Of a stretch of DNA of 64,000 nt, positions 1 to 8,297 are shown piece by piece. The DNA is taken from positions 573,009 through 637,008 of the forward strand of contig OZ246402.1 of assembly GCA_965230975.1 (NCBI GenBank), given 5' to 3'. Each line of letters starts with the position of its first letter. The first letter of the stretch is position 1. A model generated the notes under the pieces. That model searched no databases. It was not told the origin of the DNA and was given only the letters and a program-made list of their open reading frames with translations. A program made the translations under genes and the position numbers. The DNA is from an uncultured Candidatus Saccharibacteria bacterium. GTDB taxonomy: Bacteria > Patescibacteriota > Dojkabacteria > J137.

Positions 1-110
1 TAAAGCATTTTGCATTTAAGAATATTAGCATGAGTATTCTATTTTTTGTAAAGGGAGATTTATTGCAAAATTGTTTTGGTTAAACTATAATTACCATACC
101 TCAATAATAT

Positions 111-336
111 GCGGGTATAGTATATCGGTTATTTAGAGTGTGCTTTTAAGCACTTAGAACAAGGCAATTACCTTGCTCGCAATAACCGAAGCTAGAACAT
201 TTAAAAAGTGCGGGTATAGTATATCGGTTATTATTTTAAAGTAGCTTTAGCTACGATAAGATTAAGTCAATTTCTGATAGAAAAAATAACCGTTAGCAGA
301 ACATTTAAAAAACGCGGGTATAGTATATCGGTTATT
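111..336 (+). repeat. Tandem array of three copies of the first 23 nt of tRNA-Gly (GCGGGTATAGTATATCGGTTATT at 111-133, 210-232, 314-336). Copies 2 and 3 are preceded by a conserved block aataaccg-N5-agaacatttaaaaa-NN. Units are separated by variable 47-nt and 52-nt segments, each carrying a 5-bp stem / TTTA tetraloop hairpin.
   Basis: Read directly: exact 23-mer at 99-nt and 104-nt spacing; the third copy is the 5' end of the intact tRNA; aataaccg is the reverse complement of cggttatt in the repeat. Confidence 0.85.
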
Positions 337-385
337 ATGACAGTTTTCCAAACTGTAGAGGGGGGTTCGATTCCCCCTACCCGCT
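314..385 (+). tRNA. tRNA-Gly, anticodon UCC
   Basis: Cloverleaf read by hand: 7-bp acceptor stem GCGGGTA/TACCCGC; anticodon stem ACAGT/ACTGT with loop TTTCCAA (anticodon TCC); T arm GGGGG-TTCGATT-CCCCC; 4-nt variable loop; discriminator T; no encoded CCA. The D stem is weak (G-U plus one mismatch). Confidence 0.75.
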
Positions 386-495
386 TTTTCTTTATTTCTT
401 CAATTCTGGCAATCATTTAGTTTATACTACTAACAGTCTGCTCGATCAGATTCTAAAAATGTAGTAAAATTTTCACAATATTTAGTAGTATTAAA

Positions 496-1251
496 ATGAA
501 TAAGTATAAATTGTTGGTTCTTGATGTAGATGGAACCCTAGTAAAAGACACTTCTCAAGTGATTTCACCTAGAGTTATTGAAGCAATAAAATCACTAACA
601 GGTAAAATAACTACTATTCTTTGCACTGGTAGATCACTTGAGGATCTAGATCAGATAATACCTTTATTAAATTTAGAGAATTCGTATAATGTAATTGAGA
701 GTGGGTCTTCGGTTCTAAGTCCTGGGTTAAATATTGAATTTGTACGCTCAGTTGATCTAATAGATGCAAAAAGAATGTTTAATCTTCAGGGTTCACTTAT
801 AAGTAATTTTAGTATTTGTGTAGATGGAAACTGGAGATATAGCCTGGACAATATAGGAGACAATAATCATATTACTACTGTGACCTTTTATTTTGACGAT
901 CCTTCTAAAAGTGACGAAGTAATTTCTTATTTTAATGAGTTCAAAGATAAATATCATATGGCAATAGGAACTCAGTGGGGAAATCCTGAGGGGAGACAAT
1001 TAATGATTACACATAAAGATGCATCTAAGGAGAAGTCTTTGGAGTATGTTCAAAATAAATTGGGGGTAACAATTGAAGAAACCGTATGTATTGGAGATAT
1101 GCCAAATGACTTGCCTATGTTCAGAAGATCTGGATTGAAGATTTGTATGGGAAATGGTGATCAAAAACTTAAAGATGCCTCAGACTTAATAGTAAAAAGT
1201 ATAGATGAAGATGGTGTGGCAGATGCAATAGAAAACTATATTTTGAAATAG
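496..1251 (+). CDS. HAD-superfamily hydrolase, Cof-like phosphatase
   Basis: N-terminal LVLDVDGTLV motif (HAD motif I); C-terminal GDMPNDLPMF (motif IV); 251 aa. Confidence 0.75.
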   Translation: MNKYKLLVLDVDGTLVKDTSQVISPRVIEAIKSLTGKITTILCTGRSLEDLDQIIPLLNLENSYNVIESGSSVLSPGLNIEFVRSVDLIDAKRMFNLQGSLISNFSICVDGNWRYSLDNIGDNNHITTVTFYFDDPSKSDEVISYFNEFKDKYHMAIGTQWGNPEGRQLMITHKDASKEKSLEYVQNKLGVTIEETVCIGDMPNDLPMFRRSGLKICMGNGDQKLKDASDLIVKSIDEDGVADAIENYILK

Positions 1252-1253
1252 TT

Positions 1254-1283
1254 GGTTCGAACTTCGTACACTAACCCGCTTTT
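1254..1283 (+). repeat. Degenerate copy of the tRNA-Gly 3' end (ggttcga ... acccgctttt) directly after the HAD gene stop
   Basis: 7-mer ggttcga and 10-mer acccgctttt occur in the same order and similar spacing as in the T-arm / acceptor 3' strand of the tRNA at 364-388. Confidence 0.45.
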
Positions 1284-1423
1284 CTACTAAGATCAATTTC
1301 ATTTAATTCCCACATCTTAATTAAACATCCAAGTCCATACTCTTTATATCTTGAACTAATCTAGTTATTTGCCCCACTAGTAGAGTACATGTTATCATCG
1401 GCTAATAAATTTGAAATATATTT

Positions 1424-2005
1424 ATGGATAGTCAAAATTTTACCCTTGCAATACGTACTAGGTTAGAATCTACCGAAGAGAGAAAAAAATCATGCAGTGA
1501 AAGGTATGATTATTATAGACTAAGGTTGATACCAACAGCACAGGCATTTTTAGCTTGTTTAGGAGCAGATGAACAAACAATACAAAGAATTAAGTCGTTA
1601 TTAGAAAATAGGGAATCGGGCATAAAGATGATTGAAATAGCCTCTTTATTAACTACAATGCAACATAAATTACCTAGATTACTACAATCAGCTTATAACC
1701 TAGACGAGAAGTTAGCTTACGAGGTGAAAGATGAGATATTGGAAGTATATGACAAGTTAATAGCTGCATTCACTGCATCTCAAGAATTAAAAAAATTTAC
1801 TAAGAATCCAGAAAAGATTAAATCAATTGTGAGGGCTTATTTACTTATACTATCAGCGTATAACGAGTTTATGAGTGAGATCCAATTAGCTCAATCATTA
1901 AATGAATTGGTACCAGGACTTGGAGAAAACTTTCTTAGTCATTACAATAATATTGTAGGTAAGATAGTAGGAACCATTCCACTTGGCGATGCTACAGAAG
2001 GATAA
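1424..2005 (+). CDS. hypothetical protein
   Basis: 193-aa ORF with genome-typical composition; no recognisable motif. Confidence 0.5.
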   Translation: MDSQNFTLAIRTRLESTEERKKSCSERYDYYRLRLIPTAQAFLACLGADEQTIQRIKSLLENRESGIKMIEIASLLTTMQHKLPRLLQSAYNLDEKLAYEVKDEILEVYDKLIAAFTASQELKKFTKNPEKIKSIVRAYLLILSAYNEFMSEIQLAQSLNELVPGLGENFLSHYNNIVGKIVGTIPLGDATEG

Positions 2006-2132
2006 CCTCGCATAATGAAATTAATTTGGTTTAATAAGTTCTTCTAAGGGTATAGGTAACTAATGAGTAGATTATTATTATAATTGTTTCCATATTCTCG
2101 AAATAATATTCCCACTCCGCTATAATAATTGA

Positions 2133-2621
2133 ATGGAACTAATCCAAATAACAACACAAGACCTTGCACAAAAAGCTTCGGACTTTTTATCTACCTACAA
2201 TGCTTTTGAAGACTCGAAAGATTGGAACGAAGAAGAGGTAAGACATTTAGTAGAAACACCATTTAAAGCACTAGGAAACTTAGATTACTATGGGTGGATA
2301 ATGCTAGAAAATGAAAAAGTTATTGGATATATAGACTTAAGACGACACGAATTTGCGGATGGAGGATATTATTCTGATTGGTTCGCAGTTCATAAAGACT
2401 ATAGAGGAAAAGGTATAGGAAGCAATATGCTATCTGAAGTTGAAAAATTCGCAAAATCAATCAATGCAAGGTACATATTAATAGAAACAGGAGATATTGA
2501 TTTTTATATAAGAACAAGAAATTTCTACGAGAAGAACGGTTTTAAACAAGTTGGACATATTCCCGAATACTATTATAAAAATTGGGGAATGTATATTTAT
2601 CAAAAGATGCTAATAGTGTAG
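2133..2621 (+). CDS. GNAT family N-acetyltransferase
   Basis: Acetyl-CoA-binding motif RGKGIGSNML followed by ...YEKNGF. Confidence 0.7.
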   Translation: MELIQITTQDLAQKASDFLSTYNAFEDSKDWNEEEVRHLVETPFKALGNLDYYGWIMLENEKVIGYIDLRRHEFADGGYYSDWFAVHKDYRGKGIGSNMLSEVEKFAKSINARYILIETGDIDFYIRTRNFYEKNGFKQVGHIPEYYYKNWGMYIYQKMLIV

Positions 2622-2729
2622 AATATTGCTATAAATATAAACCAAGATTGGACAAGATTACCTCCCAAACCACAGCCTAACCCAAAGTATAGGTATGATT
2701 ATTCAAATGCTTCTTTAACACCTGAAGAA

Positions 2730-3065
2730 ATGAAAGAGTTTACTGAAATGGGAGGTATTAATGCATATCTATCTTATTGCCCAATCGAGATAAACCCATG
2801 GTCTAAAGATAAAGCGTCTAAAGAAATGAATAATGCTAATTTTTTAAAATATAGAAGATTGTACTTAATAGCAACCCACGCTGAAATGGACACTGATAAC
2901 TATAGATTAACCAAAGAGGAGTCAAAGAGATATTACGATATTATGATGGATCAAGGAAGCTCACCTGACGATCCAGATGATATATTATCGCAAGATTTGC
3001 AGTCAGAGTTTCATATTTTAGGTAGTATTCAAAAATTTCAAGCATTAGACGCTCTTGCTTGGTAA
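2730..3065 (+). CDS. hypothetical protein
   Basis: 111-aa ORF; no motif recognised. Confidence 0.4.
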   Translation: MKEFTEMGGINAYLSYCPIEINPWSKDKASKEMNNANFLKYRRLYLIATHAEMDTDNYRLTKEESKRYYDIMMDQGSSPDDPDDILSQDLQSEFHILGSIQKFQALDALAW

Positions 3066-3174
3066 ATGTTTCTGCCAATCCCTTTCTATTTTTAAGCATA
3101 ACCACTAAACTCAACTTTACTAGATGCCTTTAAACTCCCAAGTTATAGTTAGTCATATTTATTAAATAATAACT

Positions 3175-3684
3175 ATGAATTTGGATAGCTTTTTTGGCGA
3201 ATGCTCAGCAGAACTAATAGAGCAAATAAAACAATATGATCAAATTTTCAGAGAAAGTGGTAATTTACCAACCAAAGAATGGGACCTCAAACTAAAAAAA
3301 GAGATGCAAACTGAATGCGACTTAATAGAATTTAGATTAAAAAGAGATTTGGGTATAGAAAAATTTGCCCAAATAAAGAGCATTATAGTTCAAAGAATAG
3401 ATGAAGAACTACTAGAATTAGTAATGCGAGTTCATAACAAAGAGGAGATAACGCCACAAGATAACTTGTTTTTGTTTAATTTAATCAATAAAGTTTATAA
3501 CTTGATTAATGAATTTGCAGAATCCGGAGGTCCCTATAGTACATACGAATATGATAGTCCCGAAAGTGATGCTTTAATTGTAGGTTACAGACTTCTAGTT
3601 AGTAAAACAAATTGGAGTTGTGAAGCAAAAATTAGTGATTTATTATGGAGTATTATCGAATTCCACGAACCTGATGAATCTTAA
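3175..3684 (+). CDS. hypothetical protein
   Basis: 169-aa ORF. Confidence 0.5.
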   Translation: MNLDSFFGECSAELIEQIKQYDQIFRESGNLPTKEWDLKLKKEMQTECDLIEFRLKRDLGIEKFAQIKSIIVQRIDEELLELVMRVHNKEEITPQDNLFLFNLINKVYNLINEFAESGGPYSTYEYDSPESDALIVGYRLLVSKTNWSCEAKISDLLWSIIEFHEPDES

Positions 3685-3745
3685 AATTCACTGGTACATC
3701 AAAAAAATAGGCTTTATAATAATCAATACTTCTTAGAACATTAAG

Positions 3746-4195
3746 ATGACAGAAATATTAGGTGTAACTGAAAGATATTTCCAATATCTACTAGATGAAG
3801 CAGAAAGATTATTAGAAGTTGGCGACTTCAAAGCTGTAGCTCTTCAAGTGCTTGTACCACATAATAATATGAGATCTGGTTGGACTCTTTATATAAGCCA
3901 AATGTACTACAATCCTGCAAACGAAGAGCAAAGACAAATGGTAGAAAGAATGAAAATAGTAATACTAAAAACTATACAGGGTATTATCCCCAATTTAAAA
4001 GCCTCAAGATCATGGTTTGACTTTGTTGAAATTGAATTTATTGCAAGACAACTTAGTAAACTCGGTAAAGAAGCACCTCGAGAACTTGTTAATCAAACAA
4101 GATCTTTAATACTAGAATCAGAAAGATTAGGCGCAAATAAGGATTTGGTATGGAAAGCTTTAAATTTATTACCATCAACTGAAACTGAAATATGA
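3746..4195 (+). CDS. hypothetical protein
   Basis: 149-aa ORF; overlaps the next gene by 4 nt, suggesting coupling. Confidence 0.5.
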   Translation: MTEILGVTERYFQYLLDEAERLLEVGDFKAVALQVLVPHNNMRSGWTLYISQMYYNPANEEQRQMVERMKIVILKTIQGIIPNLKASRSWFDFVEIEFIARQLSKLGKEAPRELVNQTRSLILESERLGANKDLVWKALNLLPSTETEI

Positions 4196-4383
4196 AAAAT
4201 ATACCTTTACCAAAAATTGGCGCACCGGCAACAAGGGCACTAAATTCAATAGGAATTTATAATTTAGAACAGCTAACTAAGTTTACAGAAAAAGAGATTA
4301 TGGATTTGCATGGAATGGGCCCAAAAGCTTTGGGAATATTAAAAGTAGAAATGCAAATAAATGGATTATCTTTTAAAATTTAA
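4192..4383 (+). CDS. small helix-hairpin-helix (HhH) DNA-binding protein
   Basis: LHGMGPKALGIL resembles an HhH GxG motif (RNAP alpha-CTD-like); ATGA overlap with the upstream gene. Confidence 0.45.
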   Translation: MKNIPLPKIGAPATRALNSIGIYNLEQLTKFTEKEIMDLHGMGPKALGILKVEMQINGLSFKI

Positions 4384-4420
4384 CTTTGCTATTCTATATA
4401 ATTACTATTAAATTAAAACT

Positions 4421-4774
4421 ATGCAATCTTTCAAAACAATAGATGAATACATTGCTCAATTTCCAAAAGATGTACAAGAAAAATTAGAAAAAATGAGAAA
4501 AGTAATTCACGAATCGGTACCAAACTTAGCTGAGGCCATATCTTACGGAATGCCTACATTTAAACTAAAAGGTAAAAATTTAGTTCACTTTGCAGCATAT
4601 AAAAGTCATATTGGATTTTACCCAACCCCAAATGGACTAGAAGCCTTTGCCCAAGATTTAAAAATGTACCAAACTTCTAAAGGTACAGCACAATTTCAGC
4701 TAACAGAGCCAATACCTTTTGATTTAGTAAAAAAGATAACTAAATTTAGAGCTGAACAAGTTTTGGCTAAGTAA
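4421..4774 (+). CDS. DUF1801 / YdhG-like protein
   Basis: About 117 aa. The pattern IDEYIAQFP...ISYGMPTFKLKGKNLVHFAAYKSHIGFYP is typical of the YdhG/DUF1801 family. Confidence 0.6.
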   Translation: MQSFKTIDEYIAQFPKDVQEKLEKMRKVIHESVPNLAEAISYGMPTFKLKGKNLVHFAAYKSHIGFYPTPNGLEAFAQDLKMYQTSKGTAQFQLTEPIPFDLVKKITKFRAEQVLAK

Positions 4775-4875
4775 CAGTAGTGTCGCTGGTTGTATCTTCA
4801 AATTCTACCTCACTTTTCACTCAAAATTCACTATACGGTGATATAATAAAATTTTAGAGCCTTATAAAAATATTT

Positions 4876-6699
4876 TTGATTACTATCAATATGCAAACCA
4901 CATGGGATTTATCAAAGATTTACAATCCGGCGGCAACAGATAAAGATTTTGAGAAAGAGCTTCAAGAATACGAAACCTTGGTTATGGAATTTGTAAATAA
5001 GTGGAATCCTAAACTATCAAAGGGCTATAGAGATGATTACTTAAAAGACCCTAAAGTGTTAAAGATCGCCTTAGATGAATACGAAGAACTAGAACAAGAT
5101 TGGAAAGGTTTATCTAAGGTAAGCTATTACTATCATCTTGCAACCTCAATTGACCAACTTAATACAAAACTAAAAGCTAAAGAAAATAAAGTTCACGATG
5201 TTACTATTAGAATGGCAAATGAGATCCAGTTTTTTGGATTAAGAATTGCAAAAATCCCACAATCAACCCAAAAGAAATTTTTAAAAGATAAAAATCTAGC
5301 CCAATACCACCACTGGCTAGATTCTGCATTTAAAGAAGCTAAATATCTTTTGTCTGAACCAGAAGAGAAAATTATGACCTTAAAAGGTAAAGTTGCATAT
5401 TCTAACTGGACAAGGCTTGTTTCGGAACAAATTTCTAAAGCTGAAAGAGAGGTTTTAGATGAAGATGGGAACTTAGCTACTAAGTCTTTTAGCGATATTA
5501 TGGGTTTAATTGATAATAAAGATAAAAAAATCAGAGATAGGGCGGCCGAGGCGCTGAACGGCATTTTTGAAAGTGTGGTGGATATTGCCGAGGCCGAGCT
5601 GAATTCTATAATTGAAAATAAAAAGATCGATGATTCATTAAGAAAAATGAGTAGGCCGGATGAAAGCAGATTGGTGGGAGATGATATTGAACCAGAAGTT
5701 GTAGATGCGCTAAGAGATGTAGTTACTGCAAATAACGATATTGCTAAAGAGTTTTATAAATTAAAAGCTAAATTATTGGGTCAAGAAAAGTTAGCCTATC
5801 ATGAAAGAAATGTTCCTGTTGGAGATATAGATAAAAAATATACATTCGAAGAGAGCGTAGTAATAATAAAAAAAGTGTTTAAAGATTTAAATCCTGAATT
5901 TGAAAAGTTAGTTGATGAATTTTTAAAAGGTAGAGTAGATGTATATCCTAAAAAAGGTAAAGACAATGGTGCTTTTTGTAGCTTTGCTTTCAAAAAGTCA
6001 CAACCCTACATTATGCTTAACCATACAAACAGGTTAAATGATGTACTTACATTTGCTCACGAATTAGGTCATGGAATTCATTGTGAATATTTTAGTAAAA
6101 AGCAAAACGCTTTGAATTACGGTGCTTCAATGGCAACTGCAGAAGTTGCAAGTACTTTTATGGAAGATTTTGTTTTGCAAGAATTAGCTAAAGAAGCCGA
6201 TGACAAACTTAGATTTGCTATAAATATGATGAAATTAAACGATGATGTATCAACTATAATAAGGCAAATTGCTTGTTATAACTTAGAAATGGAGTTACAT
6301 ACAGAGTTTAAAAAAGTGGGTTACTTATCAAAAGAGGTTATTGGTCAAATATTCTTAAAACACATGAAAGATTATATGGGAGATTATGTAGAACAAAACA
6401 CCGGCAGTGAAAACTGGTGGGTTTACTGGTCTCATTTAAGATATTTCTTTTATGTTTATTCTTATGCTAGTGGTTTGTTAATTTCCAAAAGTTTGCAAAA
6501 TAGTGTAAAAAAAGACCCTAAGTTTATAAACAATGTGGTTAAATTCTTTGAAGCTGGAGAGTCAAAATCACCAAGAGATATATTTTTAGATTTAGGAATA
6601 GATATTGCTCAAAAAGAGTTTTGGCAAAAAGGTATGCAAGAGGTTAGAAGTCTACTTGAAGAAACAAAAGAATTAGCAATTAAATTAAAGTTAGTTTAA
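4876..6699 (+). CDS. pepF: oligoendopeptidase F, M3 family zinc metallopeptidase
   Basis: HExxH zinc motif FAHELGHGIH; length 607 aa; overall layout of PepF/M3B. Confidence 0.8.
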   Translation: MITINMQTTWDLSKIYNPAATDKDFEKELQEYETLVMEFVNKWNPKLSKGYRDDYLKDPKVLKIALDEYEELEQDWKGLSKVSYYYHLATSIDQLNTKLKAKENKVHDVTIRMANEIQFFGLRIAKIPQSTQKKFLKDKNLAQYHHWLDSAFKEAKYLLSEPEEKIMTLKGKVAYSNWTRLVSEQISKAEREVLDEDGNLATKSFSDIMGLIDNKDKKIRDRAAEALNGIFESVVDIAEAELNSIIENKKIDDSLRKMSRPDESRLVGDDIEPEVVDALRDVVTANNDIAKEFYKLKAKLLGQEKLAYHERNVPVGDIDKKYTFEESVVIIKKVFKDLNPEFEKLVDEFLKGRVDVYPKKGKDNGAFCSFAFKKSQPYIMLNHTNRLNDVLTFAHELGHGIHCEYFSKKQNALNYGASMATAEVASTFMEDFVLQELAKEADDKLRFAINMMKLNDDVSTIIRQIACYNLEMELHTEFKKVGYLSKEVIGQIFLKHMKDYMGDYVEQNTGSENWWVYWSHLRYFFYVYSYASGLLISKSLQNSVKKDPKFINNVVKFFEAGESKSPRDIFLDLGIDIAQKEFWQKGMQEVRSLLEETKELAIKLKLV

Positions 6700-6704
6700 T
6701 TAAT

Positions 6705-7166
6705 ATGGATAGATCATACGGCCCAGGGGGGATGCAAATTTCTAGACATTGGAGATTAAACAGTCAAAGATACGGTTTAGAAGGAGTAAGGTATCAAGAT
6801 GGAGGTGTAAGTTTGCAAAATAAAAGAAGTGTTGATTACTTGCCAATTAATCGCATAAAATTCCCAAGCGAGTTAACAGATATAGTTGCTCAAGAATTTA
6901 TGCTGTATCCAGAAGATGTAAAAATCCTATTAAATCTTTTGGCTAAATGCATAGAAAGTGGTTATTCGACTATCGAAGAAATTAGCAAAATGCCTTTCTT
7001 GCAAAGAAGAGGGTTAGATATAAACATTGAAGACTTAATAATTTTTTTAAGCGAGATTGGTATTTTAATGATTAATAATAGTAGTGAAGAAGGTTTGAGA
7101 ATATTGGCAGTTATTAATAATGTAGCGTTATCCGAACTTAGTGAAAATAAGCAGATAGAACCTTAA
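6705..7166 (+). CDS. hypothetical protein
   Basis: 153-aa ORF; the true start may be internal. Confidence 0.4.
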   Translation: MDRSYGPGGMQISRHWRLNSQRYGLEGVRYQDGGVSLQNKRSVDYLPINRIKFPSELTDIVAQEFMLYPEDVKILLNLLAKCIESGYSTIEEISKMPFLQRRGLDINIEDLIIFLSEIGILMINNSSEEGLRILAVINNVALSELSENKQIEP

Positions 7167-7260
7167 GTTAAAAATTTATTTATTCTAAACCGTTGTCTAA
7201 ATTTAAAGATGATAAGAAGCATTTTTAAAATTGTGAGCCAAATTGAAATTTTGTCATTAA

Positions 7261-7334
7261 GAAATTTCAATTTGTGGGCTAATTTCAAAATTCTCAAGTA
7301 AAAATTTTGAAATTGTAAGAAGTTTGTAAGATTT
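7261..7334 (+). repeat. About 74-nt conserved intergenic element, copy A, with an internal dyad aatttcaaaatt / aattttgaaatt; 34 nt upstream of the ABC ATPase gene
   Basis: About 85% identical to 24451-24524 (11 mismatches in 74); both copies sit immediately upstream of + strand genes. Confidence 0.7.
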
Positions 7335-7368
7335 AAATTTTATAATTAAATATTTTAAAAAAAACAAT

Positions 7369-8292
7369 ATGATTCAACTAACAGATGTAATTAAAAAGTA
7401 TGGCGAATATACAGCTGTAAACAAACTAAGCTTAAAAATAGATAAAGGTGAAATTATAGGTTTGTTGGGTCCAAACGGTGCTGGTAAATCTACAACAATG
7501 AAAATAATGTCGGGCTATTTAATACCAGATTATGGAACAGTAACGATAGATGGAAAAGATTTTCAAACATCTGATGTAGACTTAAAAAGAATCATAGGCT
7601 ATATGCCAGAAAATAACCCATTATATAAAGAAATGAAGGTTAACGAAGCATTAAGATATGCAGCTGTATTAAACGGTGTAACCAATTTGAAAGATAGAAT
7701 GGATTTTGTAATAAAAGCAACCGCTATAGACGGTGTTTTAAAAAAAACAATAAATGAATTATCTAAAGGTTACAAACAAAGAGTTGGGTTAGCAATTGCA
7801 TTAATCCACGATCCAAAAATATTAATATTAGATGAGCCTACCGAGGGTTTAGACCCAAATCAAAGAAACGAAATTAGAAACTTAATAAAAGATTTAGGGC
7901 AAGAAAGAACTGTAATAATTAGCACACACGTACTTCAAGAGGTAGAAGCAATGTGCAACAGAATAATTATAGTTAATCAAGGTAATGTAGTTTTAGATGA
8001 TTCAAAAGAAAATATTTTAAAAAGAGCAGATTCTAATAGCGAGTTTGTTCTAACTATAAAAGCTTTAGAAAGTGATTTAGCCGATATAGAAAAAGATTCT
8101 AAAATTCACATAATCTCTAAAGAAAAATCAAAAGAAACAATTTCTTATATTCTAGTAGCAGATAATGTAGATGAATTTATCACGCTTGTTAATGTTTTAG
8201 TAAAAAAGAATAAAATATTAATTACAGAACTATCTAGAAAACAAAATAACCTAGAAGAGATATTTAGACAATTAACTATTAAAAATCAATAA
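7369..8292 (+). CDS. ABC transporter ATP-binding protein (ABC-2 / GldA-like subfamily)
   Basis: Walker A GPNGAGKST, signature LSKGYKQRV, Walker B ILILDEP. Confidence 0.85.
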   Translation: MIQLTDVIKKYGEYTAVNKLSLKIDKGEIIGLLGPNGAGKSTTMKIMSGYLIPDYGTVTIDGKDFQTSDVDLKRIIGYMPENNPLYKEMKVNEALRYAAVLNGVTNLKDRMDFVIKATAIDGVLKKTINELSKGYKQRVGLAIALIHDPKILILDEPTEGLDPNQRNEIRNLIKDLGQERTVIISTHVLQEVEAMCNRIIIVNQGNVVLDDSKENILKRADSNSEFVLTIKALESDLADIEKDSKIHIISKEKSKETISYILVADNVDEFITLVNVLVKKNKILITELSRKQNNLEEIFRQLTIKNQ

Positions 8293-8297
8293 TAAAT

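Noticed and set aside
111-336. CRISPR array interpretation of the 23-nt direct repeats with about 50-nt intervening segments
   Set aside because: Only three repeats, and the last one is the 5' end of a bona fide tRNA. The intervening segments are highly structured and longer than spacers. The repeat is tRNA-derived, and no cas genes are in the window.
793-999. Antisense or overlapping short ORFs from the six-frame track embedded in longer, well-supported genes (793-999, 5193-5564, 5799-5993, 8555-8743, 10444-10665, 10823-11227, 12045-12314, 16100-16318, 18139-18330, 25003-25197, 29215-29502, 29267-29473, 30830-31045, 31327-31569, 32279-32521, 33688-33909, 35056-35253, 37633-37956, 38050-38241, 41650-41838, 42813-43040, 46486-46734, 47374-47625, 50597-50782, 50896-51096, 51665-51862, 55171-55365, 59067-59354, 59427-59681)
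   Set aside because: Each lies inside or opposite a longer ORF with clear motifs or genome-typical composition. The products are low-complexity with atypical composition, consistent with shadow ORFs in AT-rich DNA.
1255-1262. GTTCGAAC palindrome as an additional copy of the putative GTTCG/CGAAC operator
   Set aside because: It is a single 8-bp palindrome (chance-level) lying within the tRNA 3' fragment. It is not upstream of a DNA-damage gene.
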